A stretch of DNA of 38,671 bases from a virus. Lineage: Duplodnaviria > Caudoviricetes. Shown here piece by piece: positions 26,082 through 35,183 of the stretch. Numbering within the stretch: the first letter of the stretch is position 1; every line of letters begins with the position of its first letter. The stretch covers positions 1-38,671 of IMG/VR virus record IMGVR_UViG_3300026543_000029; one strand, given 5' to 3'. Position numbers and translations under genes: made by a program. Below the pieces are notes generated by a model. It saw only the letters and a program-made list of their open reading frames with translations, made no database searches and was not told the DNA's origin.

Positions 26082-26364
26082 TTAATACCTCTTGTTTTGA
26101 CTTTAGTTTAATCTTAGGATAAAGGCATTTGTTCTTCTTATCATATCCTATATTGGGATACTTTTCCAGAAAATAACCTCTCTCACTCTCCCACATCCTA
26201 GGAGATATGCCAAGAGAATCAAAAATAGTGTATAATTTTATCGAGCCTATCTTGGTCACCAAATCATTAATCTTACCAGCACGTTTTTGGAACTCATAAT
26301 CTTCCATGACATAAAAAACTCCATCCACCCACATGTTAAATCTTTCAAAAAAAAGACTTGACAA
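26071..26364 (-). CDS. Hypothetical, possibly winged-helix protein
   Basis: LGISPR helix-turn pattern; start uncertain. Confidence 0.4.
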   Translation of the reverse strand: MSSLFFERFNMWVDGVFYVMEDYEFQKRAGKINDLVTKIGSIKLYTIFDSLGISPRMWESERGYFLEKYPNIGYDKKNKCLYPKIKLKSKQEVLNVK

Positions 26365-26577
26365 CCTAATTAATTATAATAATATTTAATAATAATGTGG
26401 GTTTTACACTATACAGTCACTCGATGGCAACGAGCTGCTCTCCTATGAGCACTATGGGTTTATCACTCGATCATGTGGGGATGTGGAGTTTCATATAGAA
26501 GGCGTGAGTTTTCGGTTTCATTCCTTCAAAAATAACACATTCACCATGACATTATCATTCTGGTATAATCTATCTTT

Positions 26578-26640
26578 AAAAAGGTTAGTGACACCCAACC
26601 ATAACCTGTCATGGAAGAATGATTGGGTATCCACCTATCC
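26578..26640 (-). ncRNA. Candidate ~60-nt hairpin small RNA
   Basis: TATA box ending about 22 nt upstream, 13-bp core stem with two G-U pairs plus an outer stem, T5 immediately after. Confidence 0.4.
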
Positions 26641-26751
26641 TTAGCTTATCTTAGTACATCATTATAAAAAACTTATGCGCGCGTGTGTTAATTCTCTGCT
26701 TCATAGCCGAGGTAGAGCATCAAAAGCATGACCGAGCTCAGCAGAAGGTCT

Positions 26752-27411
26752 CTAGTATCTTCTTTTCCTGTGATATAACCAGTTCTTTACTCTGGTGTAA
26801 AAACGCCAGTTCCATAGCCTGGTGCCGTATATCTTCCTGATTCTATAGATATCCTCAGGCGAGAGAGTCATCGTTCCCCCGTTATAGTAGGGGTTCATTA
26901 CGTCTTTAGTGCTAGATTCAGAGTGCCTGAGTCCTATAGAGTGTCCTATCTCGTGGACTAGAACCTGGATTAAATTGTAAGTTTTAACCATAACTATAGA
27001 GCCATCTCGGTTCTCATGTCTCATATTTCTTCCATCTAATGACCATCTGTATTCCTCATTGAAAATTATAATCCCTGAAATTTCTCCCTGACCTGGAAAA
27101 TAGGCGTATGCTAGGGTAGCTGGGTGGTCCCTAAAGTGTGGTTCTTCTACCTTTGTTTTAAATTCTATAGTGATATCTGGATTCTGATTCCTTCGAACCC
27201 ATTTTAGTTTTAGTGGGATCTCCAAGTCCCACGTGGTCATGGCTAGGTTTAGTGCCTTTCGTTCCTCTGCTCTACCTGGTATGTCTTCTGAATCCCTGAT
27301 GAAAGAGTATGTTACTATATCTTGTTCCCACTTTCTGGACCATTCTGACTGGGATTCAAACTGTATCTCTGAGGTTCCAACTCCGACTACAGCATCACAT
27401 CTGTTAGCCAT
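26752..27411 (-). CDS. Matrixin (M10-like) Zn metalloprotease
   Basis: LAYAYFP, HEIGHSIGLRH, Met-turn VMNP, DI..I..IYG. Confidence 0.93.
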   Translation of the reverse strand: MANRCDAVVGVGTSEIQFESQSEWSRKWEQDIVTYSFIRDSEDIPGRAEERKALNLAMTTWDLEIPLKLKWVRRNQNPDITIEFKTKVEEPHFRDHPATLAYAYFPGQGEISGIIIFNEEYRWSLDGRNMRHENRDGSIVMVKTYNLIQVLVHEIGHSIGLRHSESSTKDVMNPYYNGGTMTLSPEDIYRIRKIYGTRLWNWRFYTRVKNWLYHRKRRY

Positions 27412-27454
27412 AAAGAAAAATGGGAAATCCTAAGTAAAAAGAGCTACTAAGGAT

Positions 27455-27640
27455 TTATTTAGGATCTGTTCCTGATGTTTTTCTTGCCATAGCTTCCACC
27501 TTATCGGCTGCAACCATAGCAACTATTGGCGCTAACAAACCTATAATATGAACTGGGTCAGTTATGATATCCTTGATTACTATAAGGGCGACTATGCCAC
27601 CATAGACTAGGATACCCAAGTGACGGGTTCGGATGTTCAT
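27455..27640 (-). CDS. Small two-TM membrane protein (holin-like)
   Basis: Two hydrophobic stretches, charged C-terminus, directly upstream of the protease. Confidence 0.55.
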   Translation of the reverse strand: MNIRTRHLGILVYGGIVALIVIKDIITDPVHIIGLLAPIVAMVAADKVEAMARKTSGTDPK

Positions 27641-27677
27641 GGTTCTAGCTTAGATAGTTGGTATATGGGAACTAAGT

Positions 27678-27739
27678 TGAGGATAGGTATGGATAAGAAA
27701 TGCCACTTCTGTCAGAATTAACATAACTTCCTATCCTCA
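27678..27739. repeat. 10-bp perfect inverted repeat
   Basis: TGAGGATAGG...CCTATCCTCA. Confidence 0.75.
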
Positions 27740-27752
27740 GTATTATAACAAT

Positions 27753-27974
27753 CTAATTACATATAGGGTCTTCGGGTACACGGGAACAGATTAGATTAAT
27801 TGCAATGTCTGTGCCTATCTCTCGAAGCTGTTCATTGTCCATCGCTTCATTAATGATGGTATCTCCGATGATTGTAGAAATATTAGTGCTCATGTCTACA
27901 GCTATGAGTGCTCCACCCCCACCTAAGAGCCCAATTACGGCAAGGATGATTGAAACTTTGGCTTTACTATTCAT
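27753..27974 (-). CDS. Single-TM small protein
   Basis: N-terminal hydrophobic GGGG helix; C-terminal Cys pair. Confidence 0.6.
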   Translation of the reverse strand: MNSKAKVSIILAVIGLLGGGGALIAVDMSTNISTIIGDTIINEAMDNEQLREIGTDIAINLICSRVPEDPICN

Positions 27975-28207
27975 AGTTCTACAGTCACCTTATACCCACA
28001 CTTCTTAATATCACGTATCGACATTTTATCTAATCGCCATAATTCATCATTATCTAATGCCAGTTTGATTGCCTTTGCCCTCTCTTCCGTCCTGTAAAGT
28101 TTGAACCTACAAGATGTTGAACAATAGTGTCTTTTTCTTTTTCCTCTGTAACCTGAATATTCTGCAAAGCCTTTCCCACAATTTTCACATTCAGCATGAT
28201 AGGACAT
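27971..28207 (-). CDS. TRASH/treble-clef-like Zn-finger protein
   Basis: CENCGK.F...YCSTSC. Confidence 0.65.
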   Translation of the reverse strand: MSYHAECENCGKGFAEYSGYRGKRKRHYCSTSCRFKLYRTEERAKAIKLALDNDELWRLDKMSIRDIKKCGYKVTVEL

Positions 28208-28213
28208 ATTCTC

Positions 28214-28525
28214 TTATGGGCAGTATTTCGAAGTTAAAGGCATTTGCTCATGCTCCTGTCCCCAAGCATGTCTTACCTCATGCTGGAATACGTTACAGCC
28301 GATAATTACAGAGTCTCGTTCGTGTCCTATCCATAGATAGATAGTCTTGATGTCAGTTGACGTTATTCCTAGAATGAGTTCATTGTAGGGGAGATCCTTG
28401 TTTATCTCGTTTTGCTGCCATATCCATTTCATGGTATCCTGCCAGAGCACAAACTCTACATTCCATTCACAGTCATAGCCTTCTGCTAGGGGAACGCATA
28501 ACATAAAAAAAAGTAAGGGTATCAA
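28214..28525 (-). CDS. Secreted mini-metzincin-like protein
   Basis: Signal-peptide-like N-terminus; HEVRHAWGQEH = HExxHxxGxxH. Confidence 0.6.
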   Translation of the reverse strand: MIPLLFFMLCVPLAEGYDCEWNVEFVLWQDTMKWIWQQNEINKDLPYNELILGITSTDIKTIYLWIGHERDSVIIGCNVFQHEVRHAWGQEHEQMPLTSKYCP

Positions 28526-29139
28526 TTTACAAAGAAATTGATCTCGTCTTCTTCGTTGTCTATCTCGACTAGAACGGTATATGTGCCTCTGTCTGCGTTG
28601 TTTGGGATTTCATATCTCAGGTAAAAGTCATCATATGGCTGAACACCTGTATTCCTGGAGTAGATTCTATCGTTGTCTGGGTCTCTGATTTCCCAAGATA
28701 CAGTTCTCTCGTTAGAATCATTATCTCCTAAGATAAAGAGTGTGTCACGCTCGTCAAACCTGTCCTCTCGGTCGTCACCTCTTGAATCTGTTGCAGTGTA
28801 TAGGTCAAAGTCACCTGAACTTGAACTCGTGCTACTCGAATGAGTATGGCTTGGAAGTGCATAGTTGTGGTTATGATTCACTGCTGCATAGTTTGTATGA
28901 GGTGCTGCTATTGCTGCTTTTACCTCTAACTTGTATGTCTCAAAGGTTGCCTTTGATACATAGTTATCATTTAACCATTTTACACAGTTTGTATCCTTAT
29001 GACATTGTTTCATATCCATCATAGCAGGCATTTCAATCTGTCCAACCTGTTTGTAAGCTGAACCTGCTACTGCGCTAGCAACTATCGCTAACAGTATTGC
29101 AGCTACTGGCAAAATATGGGCTTTGGTTATTTCAGTCAT
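28522..29139 (-). CDS. Secreted or anchored protein with His/Ser linker and C-terminal Ig-like domain
   Basis: Signal/TM, H(T/N)H repeats, WEIRDPD...GTYTV.V...F.V. Confidence 0.65.
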   Translation of the reverse strand: MTEITKAHILPVAAILLAIVASAVAGSAYKQVGQIEMPAMMDMKQCHKDTNCVKWLNDNYVSKATFETYKLEVKAAIAAPHTNYAAVNHNHNYALPSHTHSSSTSSSSGDFDLYTATDSRGDDREDRFDERDTLFILGDNDSNERTVSWEIRDPDNDRIYSRNTGVQPYDDFYLRYEIPNNADRGTYTVLVEIDNEEDEINFFVN

Positions 29140-30314
29140 TGTCCTTTAGCCTTGTATTCACACGCAGTCTTTAGCCATTCAGGATACTTGTCGGTGCCCT
29201 TCTTGGTATCATACTCTGATGAATACGAGTCACAGGCTAGTGTTTGAATATTTATGAAGTTTCTGCGAATATCCCTATCTGTTTGGACATTTGCCTCTTG
29301 ACATATTGCATATTCTCTCGCTAGATTTACTGCTGCATCACTGAAATAATTTGGGTCACCCCTATTTTTTCCAGTCAGATCACCTGAGCATAATCCTTGT
29401 CGCTTACCTGCTAATGAACACATAAAGTCACTAGCCCTTGTCTCTGCATCTGCTATGTTTTCAGGTGTTGCGTCCTTTTGTGGAAAGTATCTCGTTTCAT
29501 CCAGTCCTCTGTTTTCAAGTGCAAGTTTTTTGCCTTCTTGGTCTGCTGTGTATGTATGGTTATACTGTTGGCTTAGCCAAGAGTAATCCTGTTGACCTCG
29601 ACATTCTTCATAGTCCAAAGCCAGTTGTTTTAACTGCTGGTTCTTCTCAAGATGTTTGAAGATAGGTGCCTCATCGCTTGTAGTTAGATTGTAACTAGGT
29701 ACGATTGCCTTCCATTCATCAATTCCTAATTGACAAATTTTCAGTGTAGATAGTGCCTTTCTGACCTCTGGGTCAAGGTCTGCAAGTGGGTCTGGTTCTG
29801 GAACGGTTTTTTGTTCCTCAAAGCCATCTGACTCACTTCCGAATCCTGGGGGTTGTGGATCGTTTGCCTCAATTAGGCCAAGATTCTCACTTATCCATAA
29901 CTCGTATGTTGCAGTTTCGTCACCTACTGGTGGTGGCTGGGGAATTGAATCCTTGAGCCATTGTTCCAAACCATAGTAGAAATCATAGGTATAGACCTGT
30001 TTTTCTGACCAATAACCTATCACCTGTGCGGGATGCCTTTCTAATGGAAGTTTGACTCCATAGTAAATGCCATCTGTTCTGAACCCACATTCATCGATGT
30101 AAGGATATTTGTCACAGATTTCAGCCCAGTCAAAAGTCTCTGTTGTTCCTGCATATGCAGCTCCTAGAGACCCAATAGTGAATAATACTGCTACTGTAGC
30201 CACTAAAAGCTTGTTTCTATAGGTACAGTCTGAGCATACCCAAGTTACCGTATTGATTCTGTCGTCATTTAGTCGTTGTTTGTGTTTGCATTTTTTACAA
30301 ATTTTCGTAGTCAT
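29136..30314 (-). CDS. Membrane protein: N-terminal Zn ribbon, TM, Cys-containing extracellular region
   Basis: CKKC...CSDC followed by a hydrophobic helix ending AYA. Confidence 0.65.
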   Translation of the reverse strand: MTTKICKKCKHKQRLNDDRINTVTWVCSDCTYRNKLLVATVAVLFTIGSLGAAYAGTTETFDWAEICDKYPYIDECGFRTDGIYYGVKLPLERHPAQVIGYWSEKQVYTYDFYYGLEQWLKDSIPQPPPVGDETATYELWISENLGLIEANDPQPPGFGSESDGFEEQKTVPEPDPLADLDPEVRKALSTLKICQLGIDEWKAIVPSYNLTTSDEAPIFKHLEKNQQLKQLALDYEECRGQQDYSWLSQQYNHTYTADQEGKKLALENRGLDETRYFPQKDATPENIADAETRASDFMCSLAGKRQGLCSGDLTGKNRGDPNYFSDAAVNLAREYAICQEANVQTDRDIRRNFINIQTLACDSYSSEYDTKKGTDKYPEWLKTACEYKAKGQ

Positions 30315-30382
30315 TGGTGTTATTGTTGTTATTGTTATTGTTTAGTTGGTGGTGTTTAGAACACTTTGACGTTTGGTTAAAA

Positions 30383-30517
30383 TTATTTCTTCTGGGCTAA
30401 GTGAGTATTGAGCATTCCCTCAAGTTTTTTTATGCAACCATGATTTCTATAGTTTTGTAGGGCTATGGCTCCAAGTGCTGGAAGAATGATCCATTGTAGT
30501 ATTTCTACGGTTTCCAA
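30383..30517 (-). CDS. Small TM/coiled-coil protein (44 aa)
   Basis: Manual translation METVEILQWIILPALGAIAL...IKKLEG. Confidence 0.5.
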   Translation of the reverse strand: METVEILQWIILPALGAIALQNYRNHGCIKKLEGMLNTHLAQKK

Positions 30518-30520
30518 TAA

Positions 30521-30739
30521 TCACTTTTCAGGCTCTGGGTTATTAGGTGCTTTTTTTGTGCTGGGTTGAAGCTCCTCGATCTTTTTCTTTAGTGATATGA
30601 TCTCAAAGTCTTTGTTCCTACCATCCTCTAACAGTTTGAGGGTCTGCTCATGGTACATCTCGACCGTATTCATTAATCCAGCCAGTGACTTGTGAGCCTC
30701 CCTGTATACCATATTGATGTCTATTGTTCTTGCAGTCAT
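30521..30739 (-). CDS. Small coiled-coil protein (possible fibre chaperone)
   Basis: Heptad pattern; follows the fibre gene. Confidence 0.5.
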   Translation of the reverse strand: MTARTIDINMVYREAHKSLAGLMNTVEMYHEQTLKLLEDGRNKDFEIISLKKKIEELQPSTKKAPNNPEPEK

Positions 30740-30779
30740 TGTATCACTTTAGAAAGGTAGCCCACATAAACATTATTGA

Positions 30780-31919
30780 TCATGTCTCCAAGTTGTGAGT
30801 CATGGACACTCCTGACCATGCTCCATCTGATTGTCTAACTACTAAAACTGAAGTGTTCAAAGTGGTATTGATATAAACTCCTACTGCACCTGGCAAAGTA
30901 CCAAAATCTGTATCTATTGCTGAAGCACCTGAAGGAACTGAAGCATTTTTAGTTGGTAGTCCAATCGTACCTAATGCACCAACTGTATATGATGTATTAT
31001 TTACTTGGATTCCTATCTCAGTAGATGAATTGGATTTTATTTTTTGGCCTCCTCCAACTGCTAAATCTATAGTAGTGGCCAAAGTGAGTAACGTATTCGA
31101 TAACGTCATTCGTGCTGCTCCTCCTGTACTAAATTGGATATTATCGTCAACTGCTGCTGAAATTATAGAATCATTATCTGCGTCTAAAATAAGATCATTA
31201 GCCGATAAATCAACATCTACATTCATTGATACTACGGTGTTGAAAATCACCATTCGTGCTGATCCTCCTGTAATAAATTGGAGAGTATCATCACTTGCTG
31301 ATTGTATTATTGTATCTCCATCTGGATCTAGGATTAGACTAAAACCATTAGCATCCCGATCAGATGTCCAGGGAGTGTGTCCAATTCCCTGCTTGCCTGT
31401 TGTTACCTGTTGCCACTTGTTATCTGTCACATCAAACTGGAACAGGATGATGTCATCATCCACTATATCAAAGTCATTACCGTCAATGGTCTCGATATTG
31501 CCACTGTTCTTTAGCGTGATTGTATCGGTCTGTATGCCCTGGATGAACAAGAGCTGTCCGTTATGCTCTGCACCTGTAATGGTAACTAGATCATCTGTAC
31601 TGCCACTTGCAGGACTTAGTATAACCCTGCTGGTAAAATTATCAGTTGTTTTGCTGATGTCTATGGCATCGCTGGCTATGGTGATTAGTCTGGGGAAAAA
31701 GGCAATAGGGCCAATCATTGTCCCGCCCGCTGTAGGCAGAAAATTAGTATCACTCTGGCCTTTGTTTGAACCAGCCCCAGCTCCTGATGTAAAAGATACC
31801 CCTCCACTTGTGACTGTATTTGTTCTTCTGATCAGAGAGAATAGATCCATTGTCTTGTTCTGTTCGTCCTTGATTCTCTTGCCTATTCTTGTCCTGGCTT
31901 TTGCTCCGCCGAATGCCAT
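30780..31919 (-). CDS. Tail fibre / receptor-binding protein
   Basis: FLPTAGGTMIG motif, 48-aa internal duplication, last gene of the tail module. Confidence 0.65.
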   Translation of the reverse strand: MAFGGAKARTRIGKRIKDEQNKTMDLFSLIRRTNTVTSGGVSFTSGAGAGSNKGQSDTNFLPTAGGTMIGPIAFFPRLITIASDAIDISKTTDNFTSRVILSPASGSTDDLVTITGAEHNGQLLFIQGIQTDTITLKNSGNIETIDGNDFDIVDDDIILFQFDVTDNKWQQVTTGKQGIGHTPWTSDRDANGFSLILDPDGDTIIQSASDDTLQFITGGSARMVIFNTVVSMNVDVDLSANDLILDADNDSIISAAVDDNIQFSTGGAARMTLSNTLLTLATTIDLAVGGGQKIKSNSSTEIGIQVNNTSYTVGALGTIGLPTKNASVPSGASAIDTDFGTLPGAVGVYINTTLNTSVLVVRQSDGAWSGVSMTHNLET

Positions 31920-34492
31920 TATGTCACAAACCTCTTAATCCCAGTGATGGTTCTAGTGAAATTACCGCCTCCTGTTCCTGTAGGCTTTGTAATTTTATAG
32001 AGGATTCTCTTGGCGACTAGCCGTATGGTATTTGCAGTGCCACCCGAATCAGCAGTTCTTGTATCTGCATCATTAATCAGTTTGGAATCTGTCAGGAAAA
32101 AGGTATCACCAAAGTTAATGTCCAGTTTACCGCCTGTCGTTATGATGTATTCCTTATGCTGGAACTGTTCGAGTTCCAACTGTGAGTCTACTATCTGCTG
32201 TAATTGTACCGAGTTAGATACGTCTGGAAACTGCATGGCAGGAGGCTCTATAGGTCTTGTAGTATCTGGTGAGGTTACCTTTAGGAGTGGCTTGGTAAAG
32301 CAGAACCCATCTATCGCCAGCCTTACATCTGCCGTTCCTGCCGCGACTCCTGTTAATGGTTTTGATAACAGGGTGGGATTGAATCTTCCCTCGGAATCAT
32401 AGGAGTCCTGCCATTGGACACCGATTAGCTTGATGTTCTTCCATTGGAATACGTTTAGAATCTCTATATCCTTTGTGAACAAGATTGGTCCCTGCAATGC
32501 CCCTTCTATTGGTGCCCTTGCTCTGTATGCCTCAAACCCTGAAAATGGTAGGTTAATCTGCTTCCACAGGTCGTTAAACGGAATGACAAAGTCCTGGATT
32601 ACAATATTATCCTGGTTATCATACATGAAGCACCTCATGGCAAAATTCCCCTGAAGTACCAGTGCTGCTGTTAGATCCTTCCATTGGAATTTAATCCAGA
32701 ACTGTATTCCATCCAAAATGCCATAGTCTTCTGCCTCTGCATTATTGAATCCCACAAGACCCGATCTCGTCAGGTGCATGTTGTTCACATCTATTGTTGC
32801 TGGCTCGTGCTTTGTTGCGTGAGATCCATACAGCTCGCCAAGAGTGTTTGAGTTGTAACTATTCTCTGGGAAGGGGACAGACCAGTTTGCCCATGCCCCT
32901 ATCTTGTAATATCCATCACTTGTAAATATCCCAGCAGGCAGAACATCTAATGCCGTATATGTCCATCTCCATTCAACCGCAGAACCGTCACCATATGTGG
33001 TAGACCCATCACTTGTAGAGTTGTATCCTGCCACATTGGTTATGGTATTTACAATATGAAAACAGTGGTTTCTTCTGTCACTCCCTGATATGTCCGTCCA
33101 TGTACCTGACTGTAGTTCGTATACCTTGCCTTCGTTTCTTATGGCACATCTCTCGTCATTTGCCATTACCCTATGAACAATCCATTCATTTCCGTTGTAT
33201 ATTGCGACATTGTTTGTGAATGCCCGTCCAAACTTGTCATTGCCTGTAAATCCGTTGATTCCAGTACCGTTAACTAATGCCCTTAGTCCCCTGTAGTTTC
33301 CTCCTGATGCTGCTCCATGTTTGTAGTTTACATCAAAATTATCTGTCGTTGATTTGAGATGAACCCATGTCATGAACTGTGTGCCGTCTTCTATTACCAT
33401 GTTGGCGTCAAAACATCCCAGACCCTTGTTTGTGCTTGATGCGTCACTGCCTGAGCTTTTCCATTCGTCTGCCTTGCCCTCTGTCCATTCTGAATATCCG
33501 TTTGCTGCTCCCTGTATCTCATCAAAGGTTTTGACTGTCCATGCTGCTCCTGGAGGTGTCGTGGATGTTTCAGCATTTGCCTCATAGACTACTCCAGCAA
33601 TCTGTACCCTTGCACCTACAGGATAGGTAAGACTGCCTATATGGTCAGGTATCAATTGAAATGCCTCTAGCTGTCCTGCAAAGTCCTGGACCGACTGTGG
33701 GAGTGTACCGACTCCCTTCTTTCCCCAAGCCTTGACAACTGAACCAGTAATGGCATCAATTCCCCCCTCTGTAGGTGCCTCGTTTACCGAGTTAGAGTCC
33801 GTAATGGTAATCTCGTTTCCTGCTGTTGGCTTGCTTCCAGAGGCAAATGCGTTAAACTCTATTGTTGTGGTACTTCCTGATTTTGTGTTAAAGTATAATT
33901 CCCAAAAGTCAGCCGATCCCCCTGCTGCCACGCTGGAGCCAAGACCTTCGACTACCTCAAGTAATCCGTCATAAGTTTTAAGCTCTGAGACGGTAAACTC
34001 ATAGGTGTTTGATGTCCACTGGGGCAGCTCGTTGTTCCCTGATGTGAAGGTGTCATGATCTTCGACCTCAGGTGAGCTGGAGCCGTTTATCTCGTTGTAG
34101 AAATCTACAATGTCCTTTGTGGTTACAGTAGCCGATGAGAAAAAAAACTGCTTTGCAAAGTCTATCTTCTGTAAGTGGTGCTCCTGCCCTAACAGTTCAA
34201 CCTCGCAGGTATACCCCTCCCCTGCGTTCTTTATCGGTATAATCCTGTCTATCTCAAATATCTCAGTCTGAACCGTAGAGTCATCGTCCGTGATGGCTAT
34301 CTTTACCTGGTCAAACTGTGCAAGAACTGGTGCAGATGTAAGGAATTTCCCCTCCCTACAATCCAGTTTTAACTTGGCTGACTTTATCTCACCTGTCCCA
34401 ACATCTACAAATTGTATCTCTTCTGTATCGTTGGAGATGTTTGTATTTCCTGAAGCTGGATCATGTGTTATGACATAGCTAAACTCTACCAT
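31919..34492 (-). CDS. Large tail-tip/hub protein with a CBM5/12-like insert
   Basis: 857 aa in the tail module; TYPVGARV...YEA...PPG..W. Confidence 0.6.
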   Translation of the reverse strand: MVEFSYVITHDPASGNTNISNDTEEIQFVDVGTGEIKSAKLKLDCREGKFLTSAPVLAQFDQVKIAITDDDSTVQTEIFEIDRIIPIKNAGEGYTCEVELLGQEHHLQKIDFAKQFFFSSATVTTKDIVDFYNEINGSSSPEVEDHDTFTSGNNELPQWTSNTYEFTVSELKTYDGLLEVVEGLGSSVAAGGSADFWELYFNTKSGSTTTIEFNAFASGSKPTAGNEITITDSNSVNEAPTEGGIDAITGSVVKAWGKKGVGTLPQSVQDFAGQLEAFQLIPDHIGSLTYPVGARVQIAGVVYEANAETSTTPPGAAWTVKTFDEIQGAANGYSEWTEGKADEWKSSGSDASSTNKGLGCFDANMVIEDGTQFMTWVHLKSTTDNFDVNYKHGAASGGNYRGLRALVNGTGINGFTGNDKFGRAFTNNVAIYNGNEWIVHRVMANDERCAIRNEGKVYELQSGTWTDISGSDRRNHCFHIVNTITNVAGYNSTSDGSTTYGDGSAVEWRWTYTALDVLPAGIFTSDGYYKIGAWANWSVPFPENSYNSNTLGELYGSHATKHEPATIDVNNMHLTRSGLVGFNNAEAEDYGILDGIQFWIKFQWKDLTAALVLQGNFAMRCFMYDNQDNIVIQDFVIPFNDLWKQINLPFSGFEAYRARAPIEGALQGPILFTKDIEILNVFQWKNIKLIGVQWQDSYDSEGRFNPTLLSKPLTGVAAGTADVRLAIDGFCFTKPLLKVTSPDTTRPIEPPAMQFPDVSNSVQLQQIVDSQLELEQFQHKEYIITTGGKLDINFGDTFFLTDSKLINDADTRTADSGGTANTIRLVAKRILYKITKPTGTGGGNFTRTITGIKRFVT

Positions 34493-34986
34493 TATGCAGT
34501 ACCATTACGATATAGTATGCACTCAAAGTTGGCACGAGTCTGAAACTCCTCAATATCTTCAATCCAGACATTTTGCAGGATATAGCCTATCGTTGATGAG
34601 GGAGTTTGATCCAGTTGTGACATGTTGTTTACCCGTATGCCAAACCTGCCAAATGGTAGTGAGGCGTTTGTCTTATCCTCCTTCATCCAGTTGAAAAATT
34701 GTGTAATGCCGCCTGAGCTTGCTGGTGTATCAAAGTAACCCTTGATTAGGACAATCTGTGTTCCTAGTTTGCCAGCCTGTATCTGGGATAGATGCCTGTT
34801 TGGGTTTGGATGTATAGACAGGTCTTCCGTGTATGTTATTCTTGCGCTGGATAAGTGGGATAGTGCATCTGGCTGCGTTGCCCCGCTGTTGAACTCTATT
34901 AGTTCATCTGATGCCGTCTTTTGTGTGGCCTCGTTTTGTCCATTAGAGTCATTGCGCCATATTGCGGCAGTTCCTTCCTGTACCAT
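34492..34986 (-). CDS. Distal-tail (Dit)-like protein
   Basis: Position and size; beta-rich. Confidence 0.4.
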   Translation of the reverse strand: MVQEGTAAIWRNDSNGQNEATQKTASDELIEFNSGATQPDALSHLSSARITYTEDLSIHPNPNRHLSQIQAGKLGTQIVLIKGYFDTPASSGGITQFFNWMKEDKTNASLPFGRFGIRVNNMSQLDQTPSSTIGYILQNVWIEDIEEFQTRANFECILYRNGTA

Positions 34987-35183
34987 TATGTCTTCTCCTT
35001 CTTAGGTTTTGGTTCTGGTTCCTTTGGTTTTGGCTGTATACAGTCGGCGCATTCTCCTCCGTGATACCTTTTGTGTTTCTTGCAGAATTTGATTGTCCTG
35101 TGTGCCCTCTCATACTCTGCTTTAACCTTTGATTCCTCATCCTTCTCTTTCTGCGTCTTTTTCTTTCCCATTATCTTTGCCAT
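34986..35183 (-). CDS. Basic Zn-binding small protein
   Basis: CKKH...CADC, PK repeats. Confidence 0.5.
   Translation of the reverse strand: MAKIMGKKKTQKEKDEESKVKAEYERAHRTIKFCKKHKRYHGGECADCIQPKPKEPEPKPKKEKT

Noticed and set aside
31030-31938. 302-aa plus-strand ORF
   Set aside because: Antisense shadow of the tail fibre gene; Ser/Val/Ile-rich with no motifs
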